Positions 13,760 through 27,430 of a stretch of DNA of 64,000 nt are shown in pieces. The notes below the pieces were generated by a model. The model worked only from the letters and a program-made list of their open reading frames with translations. It ran no database searches and was not told the DNA's origin. The first letter of the stretch is position 1. Every line of letters begins with the position of its first letter. Source of the DNA: Obrimoposthia wandeli. Lineage: Eukaryota. The stretch covers positions 124,001-188,000 of the forward strand of contig CDROCS010002180.1 in the NCBI GenBank assembly GCA_977020255.1, read 5' to 3'. The translations under genes were made by a program, and so were the position numbers.

Positions 13760-14000
13760 TAAACTTCCATAGCAACTTTTTTCAATAATAACCAATCTTT
13801 GTCTCCAACCGAGGATTCTCAAGGTCATTTTTAAAACTATTTTAAACAATTCTGCATTTCGCTTATCGAATTAAAACTTTTTATAAACCTTCATCGCTAC
13901 TCTCACTACCCACCCCACCGTCATTGCCCACTATTTAATTTATTTTACTAATTTAGAATATTTTAGTTTTTAATTCCATTTAGTGATAATAATTAATTCT
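13760..14000. repeat. Diverged dispersed repeat related to 28290-28520
   Basis: Shared aaggtcatt...aaacaattc...ttttata(a/g)accttc..cgctact..cactacccaccc...ctatttaatttatttt blocks. Confidence 0.5.
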
Positions 14001-14885
14001 TCAACAAGGAGGATTGAAGAATTATTTTTAAATTATAAGGTCATGTTGATCAAAAAAATACACATACTTTAGGAGCGCGTTGGAGAAGACTCACGACAGT
14101 TTACGAGCTATGAACTACCAAATTCTAAAGTGATTTCTGCGTTATTGAAACAATATACAACAGAAAGATATATCCTAGAGAAATACATCTCAAATGCTAT
14201 TCAAATTGTGGCCCGTTACTAAATATTATATATCGACATTTAGTAGATGTGAACTTAATTGATATAAAAAATCTCAAATAAAATAAAAAAATAAAAGCTT
14301 TATTTCAATTCCTCAAAAAGCTCAATAAATAATAAATCATGAGCCACCTGAAATTGAAAAAACAGAAGAATTAAATAAACATATTCTTAAATTTCAGAAG
14401 ATTGACAAAAATAACTTTTATGTTGCAACATGGATATCAAACATAAACGAATTTAAAAGTAATTGTTCATAGTAAAAATGATAGTAATAGATAAGTGGAG
14501 ATACCCTGATTTTCATTATATATTTTCAAAGTACCTGTTTTTCAATATTTTATGTCCACCTGCGATGTCTTTTTACCATGAAGAAATTGATAATAGAATA
14601 TTTTGTTCAAAGACTTGTTTTATCAATTATTTAAACTTTTTATTTAATAAATTATTCATTTTATTAAAAAAGATAAAATAGAAAACAAACAATTAAAGAA
14701 ACAAAAACATTAAATCAGATTTTAATCGAAAATTATCTATAAATGAATTTGTCTCTGAAGATTATCAATATATTCATTGCCTTATTACATATATAAAGAC
14801 TAGATTTGGGTGAATATATGAAGATGTAAAGGCAAAGTGGGTCATACAAATTAAAGTAGATACAAGATTACAAAATAAACATTTA

Positions 14886-15020
14886 TTATGCACAAAAGTT
14901 GCAAACATATTCAATATCAGGTTGTGTACACAATATGTCTGGCCACAAACTGCACTGGACCCATTCTTCACTGTTATTCTAAATTGCACATGGTTCTCAA
15001 GACATTGCAAACTACTTGTT
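14886..15020 (-). pseudogene. PHD-finger remnant like those at the C-terminus of pogo-like transposases
   Basis: LQCLE..[frameshift]..EEWVQCSL...LC...YVCNFCA*. Confidence 0.5.
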
Positions 15021-15375
15021 CTTTTTTTCTTGTCCTGATCTAATTTCAGCTGAATCAAATAATGAAAATATTTTCAATTTAAATCTTATAATTTAAATAA
15101 AAAGTCTGGATAAAGAAAATAATTTACTATATGTTGAGGAACCCTAATTAATCATGGGTTGTTTTGGTTACCTGATTGTGGATGGAAAAATATTAAGAAA
15201 TATTATATATTTTAGAGAGATGCATAAAAATATGCAACTGATAGGATTTTTTTTTTTTGGAGCTGGTTTATCAATACGTTGATTGTTTAAATCTTCACAT
15301 ATTTTCGGTATATTCATTATAAAATCCATTGAGATACTTAACATAACATTAGACAAAACTTTATTCTCTATTACA

Positions 15376-15470
15376 TGCGTAAATTCCGTCTAAGTCAAAT
15401 CGTTCCATCAAATAACTTAAGTCAAATTGTTCCATCAGATAACATAAATCAAATCGTTCCATCACCATAA
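15376..15470. repeat. Three ~30-bp direct repeats (aagtcaaatcgttccatca), resembling DNA-transposon subterminal repeats
   Basis: Seen directly. Confidence 0.7.
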
Positions 15471-16949
15471 CATTTTTTCCCATAAAATCGATACAACTAA
15501 ATTCAAACTTGTTTTCACCACAACACATAAGTTTTTGATAAGTTTTAACAAAGTCTTTCTAACACTGATAGACATAAATGAAATTTAGGATCCCAAAATT
15601 TCCCTTTTTATGTAGAATGGCGGTATACCATAGGTTTGTGGGCTTTTTTATTTTAATTATAAATTAACATGTTTACATCTTTTTACATTGATCAATCTGC
15701 AATGTATTCCGAAAAAGTTAAGAAAACTAGAATTTGCAAATAAATGTTTTTCCTCTGTTTTTGGTAGAGTTCATACGGAAAGTAGGGTGTGCAAAAAAGG
15801 AAATGTCACATATTGCCATTTTAGAATTATATATTCTATTGGGTTTGTCAGTTTTTTAAAAAATATTTGTGAATCATATTTACTTTGTAAGCATTTAAAA
15901 CAGTACGTATCTAATTTTTATTTAGAAATATATTAATCATAATTAAAATGTTCAATGTGTAAGCTGTATAAATTATAAATTTAACGCATATTGGGGAAAA
16001 TATCGGCCTGCTTTGCACTATTCAAAGGTTAATATAAATAGGCTGTAAATATTCTAAATTATTTTGGAATCGTTTAAACGAAATCTGTCTTGTATAATAT
16101 ATAATAAAACGAAGACAAAATGTAACAATATAAAATACATGTTAGAGACAAACAATATTAAATATAGACTGATGAGGACATTAAACTCAATAATAAAATG
16201 CCGAAGCACAACAACATTTCAAATAGAAAAAGAAATAAAGTTAAAATATAGAAGTAATAATCACTACTGTATTATAGGATAACAATTAGATACTATTTCA
16301 GAACTAAAAATGAAGGTTTCATAATAATTTAAGATTATAATTAGCATTCGTTTGACTGGTTGCGGTTAATAACTAGGCTTTCTGTTTTAAACTTTATCTT
16401 CGTAAAATTTTGAAGTTTCTTTGATCTTTATTTATCTTTAGTCTTGTTTTTACTGTCCAACATTTATTAAAAGTTCTACTTCGTTTGCAACTTAGAAAAT
16501 GAATTAAAACTTCAATAGATCGTTTTGTATTTTCACACGCAATGTTGCTCTTATTCACATCTAAAGTGTAAAATTTGTCAACCATTTCCCTAAACTTATT
16601 TGAATCAAATATGTGGTGATATGAAATATATTCTCTAATTGTTTTTATAAATTCTGATGCATTATTCACATATTGTCCAGTGATGATTCCAGCTTTCACG
16701 AAAACTTTGGTGATAGATGAGACTGATACCTTGTCACAGGCATCGACGATTCACAGGTAGATAGAGGCGTAATTAGCTCGGCATTGCCTCCCGCATTGGT
16801 AAAGGTGCGCTCACCTTCTGTCATCTACTGCTCCCACGTGGCTCGCGATTTAATCTTGAATGATCTTTAACACTAATATCTTGCGGTTGGACTTCTTTGA
16901 TTAACCCTCCCGGAATGATGGCGAGCTCTGAGTTAGTTTATCTGTAACA

Positions 16950-17560
16950 TGTTCGGCTTTCAGGTACCGTACACTCACGACTCATATGCTCCTCCTTACC
17001 ATAACGATAACATCTACATGTTCTTGTCTCCTTCTCATTATACGGAATATTAGTTGTTGACACACATCATCACCTGTCTTCATAAGGGACCTCGCTTGTC
17101 CTTCGCATCCATTGTATTGATTGAGCAAGCAGCCCTCAATTGAGACTTCACTGCACCTGGCAACCTCGCAATGGACGCGCATTTAACAAGATTATCACTA
17201 ACTAAACATGGGTCCATGAGATTCAATAGTCTGTTTAGTTTTGGCAAATAAACATAAACGCTTTCGCCAGGTAGAGGCTTACGTTTCAACATTTCTTTGT
17301 ACGCCAAGCATGGATCAGATGCAAAGGCACTGACCAATGCGGATTTTATCATATTGTAGTCCTACATCTTGTATTCCCCGATATACGGCAAAAGCACCGT
17401 CAGAACTGAAGTGAAAAACTTAGATAAATTCTTCATACCTTGCACTCTTGCGACGAGTTCCAACTTCTTCATGCAATCTCACACATCATTGCTTCTTCCA
17501 TCAAATTGTTTAATGACGTCGCTTAATTTCATTGATGCTATTTATTCCCGGTCGTAATGG
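16950..17560 (-). pseudogene. Gypsy gag remnant with zinc knuckle
   Basis: LSDVIKQFDG...KKLELV; IKSALVSAFASDPCLAYKEMLKRKPLPGESVYVYL; CYRYGKEEHMSREC. Confidence 0.75.
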
Positions 17561-17849
17561 CTTGTAATGGCAAAAGTAAGAATACGAAGTCGAACACTAA
17601 TATATTAGACTAAATCACAAATCCAATATTTCGTTTTATTCAATTCTCCGCGTTCTTTTCTACGTATTTAAACAAATTGCCAATCACATTGGACTCAAAA
17701 AATTTCATATTCTATATGGGCCTTCATACTGGTCACTATGCTTGCTTCTTTTAATTGGATCCTTTTTAAAAAGCACCTTTTCATTAACTACAAATATTCT
17801 TTCTCATCTTTTATTATCTAACTTCTAACTGTTCAGTTGTGATTTGTTG

Positions 17850-18230
17850 GTTCTTCCTTACATCTTTAATGATATATTTTTTATTGTTTGTTGTTGCACT
17901 TGATGCTTGAATTTTCGTTTTCTTCTATAAATTATTTCAAACAGTGAATAATATGAAGATTGTTGCATTTATAGAAAATTAAATTTGTGGCAATAAATCG
18001 TGCCAACATTTTCCTATTTTAGTATACACTAATGTTAATAAGATGTTGTTAGCTCCTGTTCAATACCAAATTTTCGTAGCCAATTCTGAAAATAATTTTC
18101 AGTAAATATTCGTTCTCTATTAAAATGGTCTTAGGTTTCCCAAATTTATATATCTAATTTGTCTCGAGTGCTTTAGTAATTGTTATTTCATCTTCTTTTG
18201 TAGTTCCTGATAGTGATACCAGTTTAAAAA
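17850..18230 (-). pseudogene. Gypsy integrase fragment
   Basis: YKFGKPKTIL...FTENYFQNWLRKFGIEQELTTSY across frameshifts. Confidence 0.6.
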
Positions 18231-18890
18231 ATTTCAAAAATTCTAAAAATAATTTTTCAAAATTTTAATACTTTAGAAATTTAAAAAAAATTTCACAAGA
18301 AAAGTTTTTACTCAGAGATATTTTAGAAATTTTACAAAAAAGACAAGACAAAATGGATACAAATATTTATTAGACAAAAGAGAAAAAATTAGGTACAATA
18401 AATTTGTGACATAAATTCAAATATACAGAAACAATCATTCAAGTGAAAAAACATCTGGATATCGGTGATGTCCGTAGGCAACTTACCGGTTTTTCTCTAC
18501 CAATTTTCTCTTATCATCATTGCTACTCAATGCGATCTTACTCATATTTACGGTATAGAGCTGGTGATTAATTCAACTAATGCGTTGTTGTTGCACTCGT
18601 TCAATAACCTAACTCATATTGCAGCTAAATAATGCACATGGCGTAGCGCAGTCTGTTTAAGGCTAATTCCCTTTGCTCTCATCTGGGACTATCCGTATAT
18701 TGTTTCTAAGCTATATGATTTCGGGCGTAAAAATACCCGTTACTTATATCTACAGACACCCTTACTCTAATCCTTAAACTTGACTATCGCAATATTGGCT
18801 AAAGTAAATAAAGGATAATTTATAGGGAGTTTCGATGTGTCTAATAACCCATCCGAAATCATTGCTGGTAACAGTGTAGCTAGCACATCT
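18230..18890 (-). mobile_element. Maverick-type pPolB 3' fragment; inverted paralogue of ~36200-36800
   Basis: Roughly 90% nucleotide match by eye to the reverse complement of 36200-36780, including KDE, KIALSSNDDKR and the downstream non-coding sequence. Confidence 0.9.
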
Positions 18891-19690
18891 AGTTTTTGTT
18901 GTTGCACATTTAGTTGTAAATGTTCGCTTAGCAGAGGGTTTGTGACCTCTAGAAAATGTATATGTTCGGCTAAAATCGTAGGGCTATTCTCTAGGGTTTT
19001 AATCGTCTACGTTTACTTTCAAAATAATTTTATCCGAATCAATATTTTATTATGATGACAAATATAACTAAAAATTATACTCAAAATCTAACCAATACGA
19101 ATGCCTAGTGGGCTATTTTTGGTTTACAGAACTGGCAATGTGGTATAAAACAAACATTCAGTTAAGGTGTTTGGTTCATTCCACATTGCCAGTTCTGCTT
19201 ACACAAATAAGATTTATTTCATTTCCATTTATTGTTGTAGTTTTTTAAAGTTTAAATTTATTTAATTTTTATTGCTTATATTAAGGCGGCATAAATTAGT
19301 TGATTTTTAAATGCGTCATTAATTTGTCGGACTGCTTAGCTTACCTGCAGATTTTGATACGGTAAATAATGATATTCTACTACGTGAAGTAAATAAGCCC
19401 TTAATGAGTCAGACGTCGTTTATAGAAAACAATTAGTGGTGATGGGAAGTATTTTTAAAAAGGAGTACTCTAAATTGTTGAAATCGTGGATTCATTTATA
19501 TGTTTAAATTATACTATTCAATTTTAGAAGATATTCAACAAACATGTACCTAAATTCCACTTTTATACTTATGATATTCAAATGTACATATAATTCGATT
19601 CGGAAGATAGTATTCGATTATTTGCTCAATTCGAAAACCATATGAATATACTGAAAAAATAGATTCTAAGAATTAAATGAGAGTAAAATA

Positions 19691-21660
19691 TGTCCAAACT
19701 ATTCTTAGAATCCTCATATAGAGGCCCCAATGTGAGTTTTATAGATATACGACTTAGATGTATCCATAGCCTAACTTGTTCAACGTCAGTTTATCAGCAA
19801 TATCTCCAAAAAGATTATAGTGTGTTGTAAGTCTTATGGGCAGCCGGTTAGGCCAATTCCTAGTTTGTTTTAAAAATAGTCTGACTGAGTCTAGACCACA
19901 GAAATTGGGAAGTTATGAGCCGAATGACATTATTTCAACTTTTCCCTTGTATAATATGAGTCGTTTTCAAGCAGGTTGAGTCTGAACCTTTCTATAAATG
20001 TGAAGTTTATTTTCTAGTAACCCTTGGGGTGCTTTGATTCGCAAAATGAGTTTCGGTTGAGTGGGGATTACTTTCCCAACCATACTCAATAAATAAACAA
20101 TTGAGCAATGTATTATTTTTAGTAGCGATTTATTTAAAACTGTAACAACTGTTACAAATGGACTATTATAATACGATTTACTAGGCTCATATTGATGGGT
20201 TGCTAATATTGAGATCTATCGGCGTTTAGTGGACTTCTTGATTTTCCTCCTCGATACTTCTCTATTCCGTTTACCGTCGATGTAGGCTGTTTGAGTTGAC
20301 TGCTTCACGCATGAATTTGCGAAGTTTTGAATGTAAATTGCCTTATTAATTATATATTTCGGGCTGTGTCTTTTATACCTTCCTATGCGTATATTCTCGT
20401 CGATGATTGACAAATGGACTTTTTTTGTTGACGACTGGGGATGGTACTAACTGATTCATCTGGATACCAGATATTTTGTGTCGTGTGAGTTTTTCGTAGC
20501 TTGGCTTGGTCTGACGATTGTGGTTATTCGTCGTGTTAGTTTTGCCGTAACAATCACAATTTGACTTGGTTGAGGATTCCTATTTATCTACGTGCGAATT
20601 TTTCGCTTCAATAATTGCTCTAATTGGGGATCCTTCGTTGCACTTTGTGTACAATAATATGGGCTCTTTATACCTGATTCGTTTGTCAACACCACAATTT
20701 GACTATAGAATATATAGAATCGATTATAATATTTACCTATGCTTTGTTGAAAATGTAATGTTAACACATTCTGTAGTCTTTTAGATTAGACTACTGTAAT
20801 TCAAAGCCCTTCAACTTTTCAAATAAACGGATACATTGCTTACAAACCATTCTGAATAAATATGTAAGATTTATCTTGAAATTAAAGGAAAATGTATCAA
20901 AAAATAACAAATTACGCTGGATTCCTATGAAAGCACAAATAGAAGAAAAAGTTTGTATGCTAATACAAACGGCTTCATATTTAAAGAACCCAGATAATTA
21001 AGCAATTTGCTTTTCATAGAAACACCCAATAATCAAATCAATATCCGAAAGAAGGATTAATAAACAGATTACACTTAATTTGAGATCCAAAACCTTCAGA
21101 ATATTGCTTATTAAATATATAATTCAAAGATATATAATTATTTGTTACTTCGAATAAGAAATTGCATAAAGTTTTGATACCAGCAAGGGAGTTTTAAAAA
21201 GTTCATGTTCAAGAAGTAGTATGTCGAATTTTTGTTGAAAGAATTAGATGTACAGTAAAAACAGATAACTCATCTACTCGAGAAAAGAAGAGAAAATGAC
21301 GAGTTAAGTAAAACTTCAATTTTAGGGGAAATTCAAAATCTAACAATCATAAATATATTGATATTAAACGGGAGTAGATTCATGAATAATATGGATTGTA
21401 AAGGATAAATAAGATAACTAAATTTTTTAAAAATAATTTATAATATGGACAGATTTCATAGTTATAGATACATGATATAAAGCATACTATATATATATAT
21501 ATATATATATAGATATTTATTAAAAGGTTTTTGTTTTAGTAATTCTTCAAAAAGGGTTATTTTATGCTGCAAAGGTTTTAACGAATGTTCGTTTGTCAGC
21601 TTTGATGTCAACTCGCTAATTTTGAATTCATTAAAGTTGATATTATGTTGAGCCATGAAT
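19691..21660 (-). mobile_element. Degraded, internally deleted Gypsy-like element (gag start, pol tail, LTR ~19691-20156)
   Basis: LTR-end motif actcacattggggcctc shared with 25290-25345 and 49330-49398; TGTAACA at 20156; KGPY-like and RxxRxxPxY-like pol tail. Confidence 0.45.
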
Positions 21661-22149
21661 TTTTTTATTCGTCTTCTACGTCTGTATTTGGAGAGCCTGA
21701 TGTGACACTCATTATTGTTAATTTTGTGGTGATTTGATGAAAAATTGAATGTTTGACAGATTGCATTATCGGGATAAAAATTGTTTGTTTATTTTAAAGT
21801 TAAATAAATTAAAAATCATTTGACTCCATGTTTTCTATTTCTTCTTGCCCTCAACCATACCCAAAATTTTGGTGTTCACTGTTCTACAATAATTACTGGC
21901 TGTCACAACTGGAGGCAAATACAGAGAGATGGTCAATTAGTTCAAACCTGCTGCGAAAGTCAACATCAAAGATTGTCACATCAGGATCTGTACGAGCTTC
22001 TTGAGTTGAACATATAAAATCACATTGCTTTCAACAGTTGGCAATTGTTTCTGATTTGACTATATTCTACTCTTGTGTTATCAACTGAAGTTAATCTTTT
22101 AATATAGGCTTAAACTAATCTTAAGCGCCAGGAGCTTTCATCATAAGAA

Positions 22150-22400
22150 GAAGCAAATGGTGTTTATAATGAAATTTCAAAAACTCATTAAACATCCATC
22201 GGTTAGGCGGACGACTTAAGACGAACAGCTTCAAGATAATCTATAGTCGGGAGTGCCGAACCATTATCTACAAGTAGAAGCTCTTTTCGCTTTTGCATTC
22301 CCATATCAAAACACTTCATCGAATAAAGCGCTTGCCACCCATGTTTTATTGCCAGTATATGTAACCGGCAAATATTTCACGCCAGAAAAAATACTTTGTC
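22150..22400 (-). mobile_element. pogo-family DDE_1 transposase fragment
   Basis: KTWVASALFDE, LLVDNGSA, *PMDV..VF. Confidence 0.5.
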
Positions 22401-22419
22401 ATAGCAAACTGTCTGATTA

Positions 22420-22950
22420 CTTTACATTTTTGATTTTTCTAACCACCCATGTTCGCCATAAACAAAATTGTCGCTGATTGCTTGCCTTATTGGCCACAAA
22501 TACATGCATAACCTTTCTTGGAGACATGGGAGAATATCCCCATCCAATAAGTTTGAATATTTAACATCATTCAATGTCCCATCGAATTGTCTAATTTTCA
22601 TGTATCCATCAGAAGAAATGACACCATGTACCATGTAACATAACACCAACACCTCAAGACATCTTAAATCACTTCTACTACTTTTCTCCTCGCAATCTAA
22701 CCAAGCGTCATCCGTGTAAACCACATTTAAAAAGTCTATTTTTACTTAGACCACTCTTTAACTGTTATCTTTCTGTAAGTTAGCTACTTGATGTTTTCCC
22801 TAATATTACGAAATATAAATTCCCTACAAAATGTAAGCATCCTTTGTAGACTTCTTAGTCTAAGATATTCAGAGATAGAACTTTAGACATCGACTTTCGT
22901 TGCTTATACTTTTTAATTTTTTGATGGATTTTTTTAATCTAACATTTTAA
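22420..22950 (-). mobile_element. Tc1-like DDE transposase fragment
   Basis: VYTDD, MVHGVISSDG...GTLNDVKYSNLLDGDILP. Confidence 0.65.
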
Positions 22951-23590
22951 TAATCTTACGGAATGTGTCCTCTGTCTTTTGGGAACTTCATCTTTAATAT
23001 TTTTTTAAAATTTTGTGCAGTTGGTTTACTTAACTTGAACTTTGTGCTGCTGTGAATACATATATATTTTATTGTAATTCTTCTTTCGCTGAATTTTTGA
23101 AATAATTAAGATTTAATTTTCCAATAAATTGACTCATTTAAAATAAAATTTAGTAATCAAAAATAAATTTTTTACTAAACACTAATTTTATATAATAAAT
23201 TATTATAAATTTACCAAGAAACTCCAAAGTTTAAAAGGTATTTTTCGTGGACTACATATTTAATAATATGTTTCTTTTATGAGACATTCTCAGAAATAGT
23301 TATATTATTTCCCAAATGAAGTAAAAAATAAAATTTTAGAATAAAACATTAAATATAATGATCTCTTAATACAAAAATCATAAATTAAGTCTGTTCAACA
23401 CAGCTGAATATCAATTACCTAACTCAGGAAAGACTTTTAAATAAAAATAATAAAATCGTCATAAAATGTTTTACACAATAATTTAGTTGATAGACGAAGC
23501 TAATGTCAACCTGTCAACGCAATTCTAAAATAAAAAGGAACTTGTCATTATAAAGATTTGATTCAACATTAAACATCAGGTAAACAATAT

Positions 23591-24370
23591 TTATATTAAA
23601 GTGCAAATAGGTCCAACATAATTATACTGGTTTTCAGTTTCAATTTCCTTCAAAATATCACCAATGCAAGGACAATAGCTTCTGTGGTAATGGTAAAGTT
23701 CGAAGAACTGTTTCTTCAATTGGCACAGAATCTGTGTAACATTTCTCAAAAAATTATCGTCACCAGTATCGGAATCCAGACAGTACTTGACAATCTCCTC
23801 CAAGCCCATATTCGTCCATGCCGGATCGAATTTGACAGCATTGTTTCCCTTGTAAAATGTATTTCTCGACAATTTATTTACCTCCCGCAAAGGTGCAAAT
23901 TCCGGTGCTACTATCAATTGATCTTCCATACCAACCCACTCTGTCACACGATCGTCCACAATCACGAACAGATCTAGCAGTTCATGAGGAAACATGGCTC
24001 GAAAATAATGGCTTTTATTTAGGTAACCCTGAAAATCTGACCGACAAAATATTCGATTGCCGAAGTTCACTCCTAGCGGATCGATAAACCCCAGAACGTA
24101 GTTCGCGTAATCGTGGGTACCCTTGGTAGCTACACATAACTCGAAATCGTCACTCAATTTTTCAATTGTCGTTTGCAAGAATGGCCTTTTCACTAACACG
24201 TCGCCTGTGTTTTGCTTGTTATCAAACTCGACGCGTTTGTTGCAGGTGTCAACCTTAAGATCAAAGATGTTAGCATAAGAAACTAAAGTTTCGTCAAGGT
24301 CCAGTATCAGAATCAACTTTTTATTTTCAATGTAATAAGACTGGCTATGAAAAAATTGCTGAGGGAGCAT
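23591..24370 (-). CDS. Intronless FCP1/CTDP1-like HAD phosphatase (FCPH domain only), copy A, 259 aa
   Basis: KKLILILDLDETL (DxDxT), KRP, ATKG, FGNRIFCR, NK, VDDR, DDNFL...FF; no BRCT; ORF intact. Confidence 0.9.
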   Translation of the reverse strand: MLPQQFFHSQSYYIENKKLILILDLDETLVSYANIFDLKVDTCNKRVEFDNKQNTGDVLVKRPFLQTTIEKLSDDFELCVATKGTHDYANYVLGFIDPLGVNFGNRIFCRSDFQGYLNKSHYFRAMFPHELLDLFVIVDDRVTEWVGMEDQLIVAPEFAPLREVNKLSRNTFYKGNNAVKFDPAWTNMGLEEIVKYCLDSDTGDDNFLRNVTQILCQLKKQFFELYHYHRSYCPCIGDILKEIETENQYNYVGPICTLI

Positions 24371-25272
24371 GCTGTATTTTGCTATGAATAATTTTAGTTT
24401 ATTTTAGATTATATGTGAAAATATTACTTCAAAAGTATTTAATAGAAAGGAATACATTATGTAATTTGTATTATAATATATTTCCCTAAAATATCTACGT
24501 CACCGAATGAAGATTAGTTACGTTTACTGTTGTTGGGTTTTTCTTTAAACTGTTTTTGAAGCCTCTCTCAATTGGGGTTTTCTGAAGGCTAAATTTGTTG
24601 TGTTGTGTGAATTTCTATGTAAAATGTGATAAAAATCGTAACACATTCAAAATCTGGTGTTGTGTAGAGCTTTGTTGAATAGTCGTTTAGGCGTATGAGT
24701 TAAGGCTTTAATAATAGTCTTGACTGTGATTAGGAGATTTGGACAAACCAAGAGCAATTTAGAGCCTGTAGCGTATAACGATTACTGTATGAGCTCTAAA
24801 CAACAAGAGTCAATGTCACCAAGTCACTACACTCACAGTAAGTGCAGATCCAAAAATGGCTGTCTAGTCCTACTAGTTGGTTCTTCTCGAATGAGTTGTT
24901 TTAAAATTTTAAGATTAAAATGATTAAAGTTTAGCTTATATCAATAAAATGCATAGACTATACTCTTCTACATTTGCTATTAAATTTTAACATTTTCTGT
25001 ATATTTTTCTGTAGTCAATTTGATGTCAATTTGGGTGAACAAAAATATATCAATAAATAAAATAAAAATCCATTTGATAAGTTATAAATACTCAAAATCG
25101 TCAACTAAAATGACAACAATTCTTGGTTTCTTAAAGTACCAATAGTTGCTCTTTTGGGCCCTTGCAGCTTATCCAGGTTCAGTTATTTGGATATATTGTT
25201 CTGTTTAAAAATCAAATATTGTAGCCACTCAAGAAGTGTAAAGTGTCGGTTCGAAAATAATAGCACACAAGG

Positions 25273-26769
25273 TGTTGGGGTTTCAATATGAAACTCTCAG
25301 ATAGATCCTCTGATGGAGGCCCCCAACGTGAGTTCTATAGACTTGCAATAGTTGTTTGTGGCCTACTTAGATTGTGCTTACCTGTCTCAATTCTTATCTG
25401 AAGGTTTGTTATGTCTAGGTGTTGTGAGAATGTAAAGACGCTGTTTAGTTGTAGGAAATCTTTATTCTTTAATACACTAGTTACGTTCTAAAATACGTTC
25501 TAAAAATGACAACAGCTAATCCTAAGTACTTTTCACAAAGTCTTTACACAAGGGGGAACGTTTCACGTAATGATTTTAATTGTTGGTTTTAGTTCAACAG
25601 AGTATTCACTCTAAAAATATAGGCGATGTATTTTAGTTAATTTTAGTAGAGTTATTTACTCTAAAATATGGGCAAGTTAGTTTGGTTTATTTTGTAGAGT
25701 ACTCACTCTAAAAATATGGGCGATGTAATTTAGTTAATTTTAGTAGAGTTATTTACTCTAAAATATGGGCAAGTTAGTTTGGTTTATTTTGTAGAGTTAA
25801 TTAATTCGCAACAATTATACTCTTTTTAATTTAATCAACGAAATTTAGAATACTTTTCTTTAAATTCTCTTAACTCAATCAACGAAACTCAAATACTTTT
25901 CTTTAAATTCTCTTCAATTCAATCAACGAAACGAAGTGTCCTCGGTCTGGCTGGTCTCGTACGGTCAAGTTGGCCTTCCAAGTGTTGTCCGTTAATATTC
26001 GTTCGCGCTCCTTCCCGTCTGAAAGTCGAAATAATAGTTGAGTCCTGAAGTCTGATTACCTTTTCTTTGCAATTTGATTGCTTCGTGCCTCTTCACGGAT
26101 AATGCGTATTTTCTGGTTTATATCGGAATTTTAGCTCAGTTTCTGTAATCCAAATTTCCGTCGCGCTCGGATTTTATTAATTAATTTAATATGTTGAAAA
26201 TTCCGTTTCTCGAATTCTGCTACAATTGTTTTGTCTTTAGGATCGGTATGAGTCTGTTCTGCTAACATTTTCAAAGTAATTTTCTTATATATTAAAATTT
26301 ACTTTCGATAAGAGTCGATGAGAAAGGCCTTTTTGTTGATCAGTCGAAATTCCTATGCGGCTAATTGACTCCTGTCTGAGCTCGTCGCTGAATGCTATTA
26401 TCGGCACTAAGTACTACCTGCTACTTGGCTCCCATTACGAATTTGTGATGCTGACTCCTCCTCAGCAGTGTCGTGATAATGTGCAGCTGATTCTTCCCAC
26501 ACTGAATTTGCTAATTATCCCTTCTTGCAGATTTCTTCTGTCTTCTTAATTAGCAACTTTAATAATTGAGATTCTTGGGGGCAATTTTGTAATTTTTTAA
26601 AATCCTTATATACTTACACAAGAAACATGACCTTTTAAGGTCCTAATTTTATTCAATCCCATTTTATTTACTTTACATTTTTTAATTATTTGTTTTCTTT
26701 TCTTTAACCTTACTTTCGAGGTTATCTTTCTATATATATATATTAATTAAATTTCACTAAATCCTAACA
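25273..26769 (-). mobile_element. ~1.5-kb solo LTR inserted in the Maverick TIR
   Basis: TG...CA ends; 4-bp TSD aagg (25269-25272, 26770-26773); one end matches the LTR end before the PBS at 49398, the other resembles the LTR start after the PPT at 48078. Confidence 0.9.
25590..25800. repeat. ~47/48-bp alternating tandem repeat inside the LTR
   Basis: agagt(a/t)tt(c/t)actctaaaa(a)tat(a/g)ggc recurs 4-5 times. Confidence 0.85.
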
Positions 26770-26849
26770 AAGGCACCCCCTAGAACAAGGAACGAAGAAC
26801 AAAGTACCTCTGAATATGCATTGGATACTTTAATACTTTATTGCTCTAT

Positions 26850-27430
26850 GTACTTGCTTGTTTAATTTCTACTCTCAGAAATAAGTAAAATTGTAGTAGT
26901 TGTGAGTGTATGACGTAATTATTTTTATCCTCATGGGTCATCAACAGTTTTGAAGCTTTTGAGCCTGATGGGAATTCTATATTAGGCGTAATCGGTAAGT
27001 CATCATGTTTATCATGGATACTAATAGGTATGTGTAAATCAACCTCCAACAAGTATCCATGTTCTTTAAGACTTAAGTTCTGCATATTACCGTGAATATC
27101 CCTCTGTTAAAAGCTCATTTGTCGCTTCAAAACCGTCATATACCCATGTAATATCTGTATGAGGTAACGGTTGACCAGCCATATAGGTTATTGATGTCAA
27201 TGTATATGAGGAATGTTTCATCTGTTGTTTTAACGTAATGTTTGTTGATGAAAGTAATCCCTGTCCGGATCCCCGCCTCAAACATGTTATACATTTCGGG
27301 ATAATGTAATAAATCCACGTCATAACGTTTTTAATGCACTAGCCCGGCAGAAATTGAGAAATTGGGCGCCTCTAGATTATCACCATCCCTTACTTTCTGT
27401 CTAAAGGTCTCAAAAACATCACATAACAAA
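26850..27430 (-). pseudogene. Protein-primed DNA polymerase B (Maverick/adintovirus type), central fragment
   Basis: DVFETFR, GIRTGITFI, YIDINNLYG, YLLEVDLHIP..IHDKHDDLP, KLL...DKNNYVIH. Confidence 0.9.

Noticed and set aside
14030-14230. Merlin/IS1595-like transposase tail
   Set aside because: A single weak motif (NTHTLGARWRRL) is insufficient.
16394-16699. 101-aa orphan ORF as a gene
   Set aside because: GTG start, AT-rich, no recognisable motif or splice signals, and it lies next to LTR debris.
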